A stretch of DNA of 64,000 nt, from contig CAWGMQ010000004.1 of the NCBI GenBank assembly GCA_963823665.1, positions 2,496,001 to 2,560,000 of the forward strand. The letters are read 5' to 3'. Made by a program: the position numbers and the translations under genes. Under the pieces are notes generated by a model. The model worked only from the letters and a program-made list of their open reading frames with translations. It did not search any database and had not been told where the DNA came from. Shown piece after piece: positions 41,335 through 52,822 of the stretch. This DNA comes from an uncultured Planctomycetota bacterium. Its GTDB lineage: Bacteria > Planctomycetota > Planctomycetia > Isosphaerales > Isosphaeraceae. Numbering within the stretch: the first letter of the stretch is position 1; every line of letters starts with the position of its first letter.

Positions 41335-42207
41335 GTGTGCACGACCGTGAGTGTGCGGAGGGGCGGTGTAAGGCTGTCGTTTGCGGTAGCGATGGTGCTA
41401 CTGCTTGGGGGGGCGACGCTTGACGCGTATGCCGGCGACATCATCCTGTTCACGGCATCGACTGACTACACGTTGAATAATCCGTCCGGCGGCTACAGCT
41501 TTCCGAACGACCCCACGAATCAGAATCCCAATCTGCCGGCGATTTCGAACGGGGTGACGCTTTCGCCGACTTTGGGAGGGCTGAGCAACACGCTGGTCGG
41601 CCCGCTGCCGGACGGGACGACTTACGGCCCCGCCGGCTTCATCCCGAATGCTGGTGGTACGACCGGCTGGGTGACCACGAGCTACACTTTTGGTGCGAGT
41701 GGGACCTTCCAGATCATATGGGAGGTGGCCGAGGTCTATGCGCGCAAGGCGGCGATGCGCTGGCGACTGACAACATCAGACTCAACGGCAACGAGGTTGT
41801 GCAATTCCAGCCGGGGGGCATGCTGCCGACCGGCTACTTCGGCACCGGCAGCTTTGGGACAACAGCGGGTGTGCCCGGGCTACCGACGTCGGGAGGCGAC
41901 CCTGGATTCGCGTGGATGGACGTCCAGCCTAGCAGCAGCACTGGGGTCTCACCCATCTTCGACTCGTCGGGCGATGTGTATTCGGCATCCCAGCTTTTTT
42001 CGGCGACGATCACTGTCAACGCGCTGGACACGCTCAGCCTTGACGTCGCCTTCATGACCAATGATGGCACGCCGTACAGCGACTACGGGGTCGTCGCCCT
42101 GCAATCCATACCCGAGCCATCGAGCTTGGTCCTCGCCGTGCTGGGGCTCGTGGGCGTCGCGGGGCTGGCTGTGCGTCGTCGCCGGCACGCAAATCTGCGC
42201 AGATTGA
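41335..42207 (+). CDS. PEP-CTERM surface protein (frameshift ~41740; 3' end uncertain)
   Basis: Signal peptide AYA-G; IPEPSSLVLAVLGLVGVAGLAVRRRR. Confidence 0.8.
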
Positions 42208-42278
42208 AGCAATCCGGCGATTGGCCGGACGAACGATCTCTGCACCTGGGTTCTGTCTTCAAGGATCGAGGTATCCAG

Positions 42279-45200
42279 ATGAGAAGGAAGCCCTTCCTCG
42301 TTGGGTGGCGCCGATCGCGTTCCGAGCGGCCGCGGCGTGCCACGGTACACCTGCAGGTCATCCGCCTGGAGTCGCGGTGGCTGCTGTCGGGGCCCGGGAT
42401 CGTCGAGTATCCGGCGACATCGTCGGCGTCTCAGCCGTTGTCGGCGGCCGCCGGAGTCGACGGCAACCTGTGGGTGACTGAGTACGCGGCCAAGGAAGTG
42501 GTCGCGTTTTCGTCGACGGGAGCGATCGTCAAGTCGATTGCGGTTTCCGGGAACCCCTACGGCATCACGGCTGCAGCCCGACGGCACGCTCTGGGTGACC
42601 GAGAACGGGACCACTCCGTACATTGGCCACCTCTCGACGGCCGGCACGGGGTCTGTGCTGGCGCAGTATGCCCTGACCGCGGGGACCAGTCCCGAGGGAA
42701 TCACGGCGGGTCCGGACGGCAACATCTGGTTCGTCGGTTATGGCACGAGCGTGGTGGGCAAGGTGACGTCAGGGGGTGCGATCACGACGTATGCACTTTC
42801 CTCGGGCAGCCGGCCAGTGGGGATCACCACGGGGTCAGACAACAACCTGTGGGTAACCGAGGCGGTCGGCAACCGTATCGCACGAGTCACGACGGGCGGT
42901 CAGATCACGGAGTTCGCCGTTCCGACGAAGTCTGCCATGCCGTGGGGTATCGCAGCCGGTCCGGGTGGGAACATCTGGTTCACGGAGGATGGCGCGGCCA
43001 AGATTGGGCGGATCACGACGAGCGGGGTGATCACGGAGTTTTCGCTGGCCGCCGGCGTGTGCCCCTACGGCATCGTCACCGGGCCTGACGGCAACCTCTG
43101 GTTCACCGAGTACACAGCCAACGTGCTAGGGCGGATCACGCCCTCGGGGTCGATCACGCAATACACGCTGCCGACGACCAAATCGGCCCCGCAAGGCATC
43201 GCGGTCGGGCCGAAGCAGACCTCGATCTGGTGGACCGAGCCCGGCGCCGGCCAGGTGGGCAAGCTGGCGTGGCTGGTCAAGGGTCAGTCGAATATGAGGG
43301 ATCCGTCGACGCCGTACGACGACTTTGCCATGGGAGAGATCAGCCCGGATGATGGCGACGAGCAAACGGACATTCCGATCGACCCGACAGGGTCGTGCAA
43401 CTGCGGGACGGATGCCGCTGCCGACATGGACGCCGATTTATCCCTGGATTACAACTCCGACACGGTGGATGTGCGCCCGATCATCGAGACGACGTACTAC
43501 AGCGATCCGAACGGGCCGGTGCCGACGTCGATCCAGCTCACGCTCACATGGAACAACGGCGCGCCTCAGGCGCCGGTGACGTTTACCCCTGGTAGCGGCC
43601 ACAGCCCGGGCGACGTTTACGAGTTGAGCGTCCAGGTTGCGGCGCCGGTAACGACCACCGGGGTTTATTCCTGGAGCGTGGCCATCCAGACCACGTTGCC
43701 CGGTGGCAGCACAATCAATAACTCGATTAGCGGTTCCGCCGCCGTGGTGGCGAACGGCTCGACCGATCCCTACGGACAGGGATGGAGCGTGGGGGGGACG
43801 GCGAAGCTAGTTTCTGACGGCAATGGAGGCTATCTCTGGGTAGACGGCGACGGCGGTAGCCGGGACTTCATGGCGGGCAACGGTACGACGTTCGTCAGTC
43901 CGCCGAATGACTTGGGGACGCTCGTCAAGAACGGCAACGGAACCTTCACGTACACCGATCCGCAGCAGGAAACGTGGAACTTCAACAGCCAGGGGCAGCT
44001 CACCAGTACCGTATTGCCCGATGGACCGTCGCAGACCTTCAGCTACAACGGATCGGGTGCCTTGACCGAAGTTACTGATCCCGGGGGCTGGACGGCGACG
44101 TTCACCTACAACGGATCTGGCCGGCTGGCCGATGTTGTCGAGCCTGGGGGCCGCACGGTGACGTTCACGTACAACTCGTCGGATGACCTGACGGGCGTGA
44201 CGATGCCCGACGGCAGCCTGCGCACGTTTACATACGACTCGATGGGCCACATGACCAACGATTCGTTGGGCACGCAGAGCACGACGTACACCTACGATTC
44301 ACAGGGAGCACTGAGCGGCGCTAATGCGGGATTGGGTGACACGATGGGGCTGGTTCCCTCATCGATCCAGGGCTTGCAGACCACCCCGGCGATCGACGCG
44401 AGCCAGGACGTCGGCGTGGTGACCGATGGGCTGGGTCGGGTGACGAGTTACACATATAATGGGATAGGCCAGCCGACCCAGATCCAGACGCCCGATGGCG
44501 GTATTCAGACCTGGCAGCGCGATTTCGCGGGGCAGCCCACGGTCTACACCGATGAGCTGGGCCGCGTGACGACCTACACGTACCAGTACGGCGCGGGCGA
44601 CGGCGAGCTGACGCAGGTGACGAACCCCGACGGCAGCACCATCCAGTACCAGTACAATGCGACTTTCCACGAAGTTACGCAGGAAACGGATGCTCTCGGC
44701 CGCGTCACCACATATATGTACAACTCCCAGGGCGACTTGACCGAGACGATTGATCCGATGGGCAGGGTGACGACGGAGGTATGGTCGAACGGCCTGCTCC
44801 AGAGCACGACCGACCCGCTGGGCCACACCACGACTTACCAGTACAACAGCCAGCGCGAGGAGATTGACCAGATCGATCCTCTGGGCCGAGTCACGACGTA
44901 CAGCTATGACCCGGCCGGCAACCAGATTGCGGTCGACGATCCGATGGGCCGGGTGACGACCACCGTCTACGATGGGATGCGACGGGTGATCGAGACGATC
45001 GATCCTTTGGGCCGGACCACCACGACGCTTTACGACGCCAACGGTGATGTGACTGAAACCATCGACCCGATGGGTCGGATCAGCACCACGCTCTACGACG
45101 TGGACGGCCGCGTCACCGAGTCAATTGACCCGATGGGCCGGATCACCACCACTCTGTATGACGCGGATGGTGAGGTGACCGAAACCATCGACCCGCTGGG

Positions 45201-48200
45201 CCGGATCACCACGACGATCTACGACGAGATGGGCCGAGTCACCGAGACGGTCGATCCACTAGGGCGTGTGACCACGACGATTTACGACCGCGACGGCGAG
45301 GTGACGGAGTCGATTGACCCGATGGGCCGCGTCACCACGACGTTTTATGACGAGATGGGGAGAGTCACCGAGGTCATCGACCCGATGGACCGCATTACCA
45401 CCACGTTGTACGACGCGGATGGTGAAGTCACGGCGGTGATTGATCCAATGGGTCGCGTCACGACGACGCTGTACGACGCGGATGGCGAGGTCACGGCGGT
45501 GATCGATCCGATGGGTCGGGTCACAACGACGATGTACGACTTGGATGGCCGAGTCACCGCGACGATCGATCCAATGGACCGCATCACCACCACGTTGTAC
45601 GACGCGGATGGAGAGGTGACTGAGTCGATCGACCCGATGGGTCGGATCGCGACAACGATTTACGACCTGGATGGCGAGGTGACTGAGTCGATCGACCCGA
45701 TGGGCCGGATTACCACAACGGTCTACGACAAAGACGGTGAAGTGACGGAATCGATCGACCCGATGGGTCGGATCACGACAACGGTTTACGATCTGGATGG
45801 CGAGGTGACCGAGTCGATCGACCCAATGGGCCGGGTCACGACAACGGTCTACGACAACGACGGTGAAGTGACCGAGTCGATCGACCCGATGGGTCGGGTG
45901 ACGACGACTTTCTACGACCTGGACGGTGAGGTTACGGAGTCGATCGACCCGATGCGGCGGGTGACGACGACGTTGTATGACGCGGATGGCGAGGTCACCG
46001 AATCGATTGATCCACTGGGCCACATGACAACGACGCTGTACGACGCGGACGGCGAAGTCACTGAGACCATGGATCCGCTGGGTCACGTAACCACGACGCT
46101 GTACGACGCGGACGGCGAGGTTACGGAGTCGATCGACCCGGTTGGGAACGTGACGACCGCGCTGTATGACGCGGATGGCGAGGTCACCGAGACCATCGAT
46201 CCGCTGGGCCACGTGACCACCACGCTGTATGACGCGGACGGCGAGGTGACCGAGATCATCGACTCGATGGGTCGTGTGACGACGACGTTGTATGACGCGG
46301 ACGGCGAGGTGACCGAGTCGATCGACCCCTTGGGCCGCGCGATGACGAGGGTGTACGACGCGGATGGTGAGCTTACCCAGACCATCGATCCGCTGGGCCA
46401 CGTGACCACGACGCTGTATGACGCGGACGGCGAGGTGACCGAGACCATCGACCCGATGGGGAACACCAGCACGACGCTGTACGACGCCGATGGCGAGGTC
46501 ACGGAAACCATCGACCCCTTGGGGCACATCACGACGACGCTGTACGACGCGGATGGCGAGGTGACCGAGATCATCGACCCCCTGGGGAACATAACGACCA
46601 CGTTGTACGACGCGGATGGAGAGGTCACCGAGTCGATTGACCCGTTGGGGCACATCACGACGACGCTGTACGACGCGGATGGCGAGGTCACCGAAACGAT
46701 TGATGCTCTGGGACGTACCATCACCTCGCTCTACGACGCCGATGGCCGCTTGATCAGCGAGACGTGGGAGAACTCGAGCGCAATCGTTACCAACCTCGAG
46801 ACCTACACGTACGACGCCGACGGCGATCTCCTCACGGCCGGAGATTCGAACGGCACGTACACGATGACCTATGACGCCGATCGACGTCTTATCACCACTG
46901 AGGATCCGTTCGGGCTCACCCTGACCTATACCTACGACGCGGATGGGAACCGGACGGAAGTGCAGGACTCTCTTGGTGGGGTGACGACCTACGTCTACGA
47001 CGCCGACAACGAGCTGACGAGCGAGCGGTTCGACAGCTCCAGTCAAGGCCCCTTGCGCATCGATATGACTTACGACGCCGATGGCGAGATTTTGACCGAG
47101 AGCCGCTACAGCGACCTGGCCGGTACCCAGCTCGTGGTCGAGTCGAATTACACGTACAACGCCGACGGCGAGATCACGACCTTAGTCGATCAAAACGGCG
47201 GTGGCACGATCGTGGCCAACTTCACATATACCTACGACCAGGACAACCGTGTCACGACCGAGGTGAACATGGGGATGACCACGACTTACACGTACGACGC
47301 GGACAGCCAGTTGACGAGCGACGTATCTCCCCTCGCCACGATTGACTACACCTACGATGCCGGCGGCAATCGGACCAGCAACAACAGCGTGATCGGCCCG
47401 GGGAACCAGCTCCTTTCCGACAACGACTGGACCTACACCTACGACGCCGACGGCAATCTGATCGAGAAGGTCGGGGTGTCCACCGGGCCCGACAAGGGCA
47501 TCACCTGGACCTACACATACGACAATCGCAATCAGATGACGACTGCGGTGGAGGTGCAAGGGAGCACGACGCTGGCGAGTGTTACCTACACGTACGACGT
47601 CTTCGGCAACCGGATCGAAGAGGATTCTTCGGGCAGCACGCTGCCGACCCAGGTGACGCGGTTCGCTTACGACGGCCAGAACGTATGGGCCGATCTCGAT
47701 GGAAGCAACAACCTGGTGATGCGGCGGCTGTTCCTCAACGCTCTGGATTCGGTGATAGCGCGGATCTCGGCCAGCGGCACCGTGGCCTGGTATCTGGTGG
47801 ACCGACTCGGCTCGGTGAATGTCCTGACCGATGCCACGGGGGATGTGATCGACCGGATAACTTACGATGGTTACGGCAATGTCATCAGCCAGACGAACCC
47901 GTCGGCCAGCGATCGCTATATGTTCACCGGGCGCGAATTCGATCCGATCACGGGCTTACAATACAACCGGGCGCGATATTACGACCCGACCAGCGGTCGA
48001 TGGACGACGCCCGACCCGGCGGGATTCGCCGCGGGTGACACCAATCTTTACGTTTACGCGTTCAATCAGCCGACGGACCTCCTCGATCCCTCGGGTGAAT
48101 GGGAGACAGATGCACACAACGCCTTGATTGACGCGGCATTTCCCGAGAGTCAAACTCTTCGAGAGATATTCAAGGAGGCGAGCAAGGGCGTGGATGCTCT

Positions 48201-48776
48201 CGCAAACCAAACGGCGGAGCGATCGTACATGCACGGCATGAGGGCTCCCGACGAGACAGCGGCGGTGGCAAAGAAGAGGACGGATAATTTCATCTCAGAC
48301 CAAATCAAGGAAGCCGCAAAGCAGTGGTGCGCGGGCGAAGACAAGAAAGCGATGCAAGAGCTTGGTAAAGCGCTGCACGCCGTGATGGACAGCGCTCTCC
48401 CGCGCATCGTGATGTGCAGGGCAATCCGCTTCCGTGGGGGGGCGTGGGGGGAATGGTGGGCAATGTGCTAATGGGGGGGACGAGACAGGCCGTGGTCGAG
48501 GCTGCGCAAATGAACGCCCACACTGCGCTAGAAACATTGGAGGTTCTGAACAAAGATCCGAAGTTGAAAAACCAGATCGTGGAGTCGATGCGAGATACGT
48601 ACAAGAAATTCCTCGCCGAGCTCAACAAACTCAAGAATTGCAAGGGCTGCGCGAAGAAGGCGGCCAGCCAAATCGAGCCGCCGCCGCCCCCGCCGCCGGT
48701 CAACCCTAACATCAGGCCGAAAAACACTGACGAGCTGCGACGACTGCTCGAGCAGATGAACGGCAGGCCCGCATAG
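42279..48776 (+). CDS. Large RHS/YD-repeat protein: planctomycete signal motif, Vgb-like propeller, YD repeats, RHS core, Zn-hydrolase-like tip (frameshifts ~42575 and ~48396)
   Basis: RLESRWLLS; GPDGNxWF repeats; YDADG repeats; RYYDP..GRW..PDP...NQPTDLLDPSG. Confidence 0.88.
44880..46745 (+). repeat. About 30 tandem 63-bp (21-aa) repeats, consensus TTTLYDADGEVTESIDPMGRV
   Basis: Directly visible in the DNA and the translation. Confidence 0.9.
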
Positions 48777-48830
48777 GCGGGGCTGATTGGTCAACCTGTT
48801 CCGAGCGGAGCCGGCGCTCGTCAAATCGAC

Positions 48831-51800
48831 TCATTCTGTCGCGCGGGTCAGACACGCGCGGGCCCTCAGGTCGGCCGCCACGTGCTCGTTTACGCATGCA
48901 AGAGCGTGCGTCACATCATCCAACTCTGCCCATCGTGCCTGGGCCAGGTAGAGGGAGCCCAGACCCTGCCACGCCGGTGCGAATCGAGGCTGCTCGGCGA
49001 CGACCTGGCGCCATTGGGCCTCGGCTTCCGCCCAGCGTGCTTGGCTCTGATAAACCTCCGCCAGCAAGTGCCGGGCCTTGTAACTGCGCCGGCCGGCATC
49101 GCCCAAGGCTAGTTCCTGGCCGGGCGGGGTCTGGAGTAGGCGCAGCAAGCGTTCTTCGGCTCCGGCGAAGTGGCCCTGGGCGTGTAGGAATGCGGCTTCA
49201 AGGAAGAGGAGCTCCTCGATATCGGGATGTTTTTCCCGTCCGGCGCGGCACACCGCGAGCGCCTCGGCGATTTGGCCCAGGGATTCGTGGGCGCGGGCGA
49301 TCGCCGCGAAGAGCCGCGGGCGGATCGAGTAGTCCGGAGGCACCAGCTTCAGACTGCGCTGTAGCATCGGTAGGGCTAAGGCGGCCCGCCCCAGCCTATG
49401 ATGCATCAGGCCGAGTTGATAGAGCGTGATTGGATCGTCTGGCCGCTCGGCGTCCTGTCGCAACAGGAGCGCCAGGTTTCGCTGCAGCTTCTGCTCGGAA
49501 GAGCCGGGGGCCGCGTAGCCACCGTGGCTGATGGCCACGTCGGTTCGGCGCAGGTGGTGGCCCGCCCGGCGGATTGCGAGCAGGATCTGTTCGTGGACTC
49601 GGTATTCCCAGCGCACGGCCGGATCGCGGCGGAAGAGCCGCACGTGGTCGACGGCGACCTGCGAGCCGTGAGGATCGTCCGTCGTCGAAAGTTGTTGCAT
49701 CAAGTAGGCCGCGTTTTCGTACTTCAGATCCGCAAACACCGTCTTCAACTTCTCGCGGTTCGCTTGATCGAGTTGCTCATCGGCGTCGAGCCAGAAGATC
49801 CAGTCTCCCGTGGCGTGCTCGATGCTCTGGTTGCGCGCGGCGGCGAAATCGTCGGTCCAGGCAAAATCGATCACGCGGGCTCCGCACTCGATGGCAATTG
49901 CGCGCGTGCGGTCGGTCGAGCCTGTATCCACGACGACCATTTCATTGACGAGACCGGCGACCGATGCGAGGCAGGCGCTCAGGGTGGCTTCTTCGTTCTT
50001 GACGATCATGCAGAGCGAGATGCTAGGCCTTGCGGGGAGGTGAGAGCTGTCGCCGCGCCCCGGAACCCCCCCTGGCCCCCCCTTCGTAAGGGGGGGAAAG
50101 GGAATGGCCGTTCCGTGCGGCGGGTCGGATTTGGACACGATGGTCCCCGGAACCCCCCCTGGCCCCCCCTTTGCTAGGGGGGGAACTGTGTTTGTCTTCG
50201 CGTGGCGCACGGCCTGGCCGCGCGCCGCAGTGCGATCGCCTTTGCGGGACCGGAAGGGCATCCGGATAAACCGCCAGCAGCAGCCTCCAGGTCGTCCCAG
50301 CGTTCCTGCTTCAGGTAAAGCTCACCGAGCCGGAGCCAGCCAGTGGAAAAGTGCGGGTTTTCAATGACCGCTGCGCGCCATTGCGCTTCGGCTTCGGCCG
50401 GTCGGCCGGTTTCTTCGTAGATGACTGCCAAGTTGTGACGGGCCTTGTAGCCACGCAGCGCATCATCACCATTTGCCAAGCTGGCAACGCGTGGTGCGCA
50501 CAGCAATTGGATGAGAGTTGCCTTCGCTCCCGCCGCATCGCCCAGCTCGCGCTGTATGAGCGCATTGAGGAAAAGCAGCTCGTCGTCGTCTGGAGTGTGT
50601 TTTAGCCCCGCCTGGCACGCGTCGAGGGCTTCTTGCGGCCGCTGCAACTGGCGGAGGCAGCCGGTGATCAAGGCGTGCAGCTTGGTCACGATGGATGCGC
50701 GAGGGCGGGAACGCTCCAGGCTGCGCTGCAAGAGAGGAAGAGCCTCGGCCGGCCGGCCGGTTTCATGGTAGAGCGAGCCCAGGTTGAACAGTGTAAATGG
50801 ATCGTCGGGGCGCTCTTTGTTTTCCAACAGGAGAAGGCGCAAGTCGCGGTCGAGCTTCCGACGGCGCACGGCGAGGTCCTCATGGCCGGAATGCTGGATC
50901 ACGATATCTGACCGACGCAGATCCACGCCCGTGCGGCGCAGCGCCGGCAGGATCTGCTCGTGGACGCGGTAGCTCCAGTGGACCTCAGGCAGGCGGCGGA
51001 AGAGGCGCACCTGATCGGCAACGATGGCCGCGGTCGCGCCGGTGCTGGCGGGGGAGCGCTGACGCATCACGTAGGCGGCGTTTTCGTCGCTCAACCCGGC
51101 CAGCAACGACCTCAGCTTGAGCCGGTTTTCCTCGTCGAGCATCTCGTCGGCATCCAGCCAGAAGATCCAGTCCCCTTGTGCGTGGCGCAAGGATTCGTTG
51201 CGCACCGCGGCAAAGCTGTCGATCCACTCGAAGGAGTGCACTCGGGCGCCCCGGCGTGAGGCCACGGCGGCCGTCGCGTCGGTCGAGCCCGTGTCGACCA
51301 CGACCATCTCGTCGACCAGGTCGGCGACCGATTCCAGACATGCGGACAGATGGGCTTCCTCATTCTTGACGATCATGCACAACGAGACCCGAGGGCGGGA
51401 CGTAGGTTTGGCCGTGACTGGTGTGATGTGGGATGGGGCCGGCTCTGAGCTTGGGTCGGGGCTTCCTGGCACCTTTCCCCGCGGGACCGTGAACCGTCGA
51501 ATCGGCTGCTGGCCGAGCTGCTCCAGCCGGGCCTCGATCACGTCAAGCGTATGATCCCATGTGAAGCGGCCGCGGATGTGTGCTCCGGCCGCCCTGCCCT
51601 TCGCGCGGGCCTCATGCGGATGATCGACGACATGGCGCATTCGGTCGGCGAGAACGGTTTGGTCCGCTTCAGCCAGCCAGGGGTAGTCGACGGTTTCCAG
51701 TTCGCCGATTCGCTGATGGCGAAACCGCATGATCCGGGCTGGAACCAGGTACGCGTGGTCCTCGGAGCAGTAGTCCGGAGCGGCTCCAGATCCGGTGACG

Positions 51801-52792
51801 ATGACGGGCAATTCGCTGGCCATCGCTTCTGCGATCGGCAAGCCAAACCCCTCGCCTCGATAGGGGTGCACGAGACAGTCACAGGCTGTGTACAAGCGGG
51901 CAACATCGGCAGCGGTCAACTCCTGGTCGAGATAGAGGATCTCCGGCGCGCCGCTTTGTGCTCGAACCACGTCGATTTGATTCCGGACTTCGCTCGTACG
52001 GTAAAACGAGGCACTTCGTACATCCTTGATCACCAGAGAGACCGGGTCGCTGGCTGTGAACGCTCGGGCATACGATTGCAGGAGAATGTCGATGCCCTTG
52101 CGGTGAATCGCTCCACCGACAAAGAGGAATTTGAACGTTTTCGAAGTGCCAAGCGGCAACGGTTGTACCTGGGAATGAAATCGCGACGTATCGACTCCAA
52201 GCGGGACGACATGCACGCGATCCGCACTGATGCCGCTCTTGATATAGCAATCGCGTACGAAGCGGCTATAGGCCCAGAACTCATCGATTTTTTCTGTATT
52301 CGGACCAACCCAGTCTCGAGGCAAGCTGCCATACTCCCAGGGCTGCATCAGGATCCAGTGGCCGCTCCTTGGCGGCGTGAAATTCGGAGGCCACTCGTGA
52401 CGCACGTGAGCGAGAACCGCGTCGCGCGAAGCTCGCAGTGAAGGCGGGAAGGAGGCATCTTTTCCCGGGAAAGTGTCCGAATGTTTATCGTGAGTTTCCG
52501 GGGACAAGAAGGAGAGCTCATGCCCACGTTCAATCAGTCGCAAGCAAATTTCGCGGTTGACCCTGGCAAATGAGTGAAGGCCACGTTGGAGGCCCTCCCA
52601 AACGATGGTATATCGGGGTCGGTCTGCGCCGTCTTCGTGTGAGGCTTGCACCGGTCGTTCACCGTGCGGTGCGATGGGCGCCCCATGGTCGGGCAAATAA
52701 GCGGGCATCAGTGCACTCCGCGTCGACTTCAGCGGCTGCTGGCTATCGAGCCTCGCGCGACTTCCTGACTCATGAGACACCGGCGCCGCCAC
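48831..52792 (-). CDS. Glycosyltransferase GT4-GT2-TPR followed by GT2-TPR; either one frameshifted gene or two overlapping genes (50174-52792 and 48831-50261)
   Basis: GT4 motif GEGFGLPIAEAM; two SLCMIVKNEE/DTGSTD/LDAD GT2 domains, each followed by TPRs. Confidence 0.85.
50057..50185. repeat. Two palindromic REP-like units CCCCGGAACCCCCCCTGGCCCCCCCTT-N4-AGGGGGGGAA
   Basis: Copies at ~50057-50099 and ~50145-50185. Confidence 0.85.
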
Positions 52793-52822
52793 AGGAGCAA
52801 GCCCCTCACCGCGCGAAACTCG

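Noticed and set aside
44880..46745. CRISPR array
   Set aside because: The repeats are in-frame 63-bp coding units without unique spacers.
45259..47046. Long antisense ORFs (this one; also 56976-58550, 39073-40215, 27330-28307)
   Set aside because: Shadow ORFs of GC-rich coding genes on the opposite strand.
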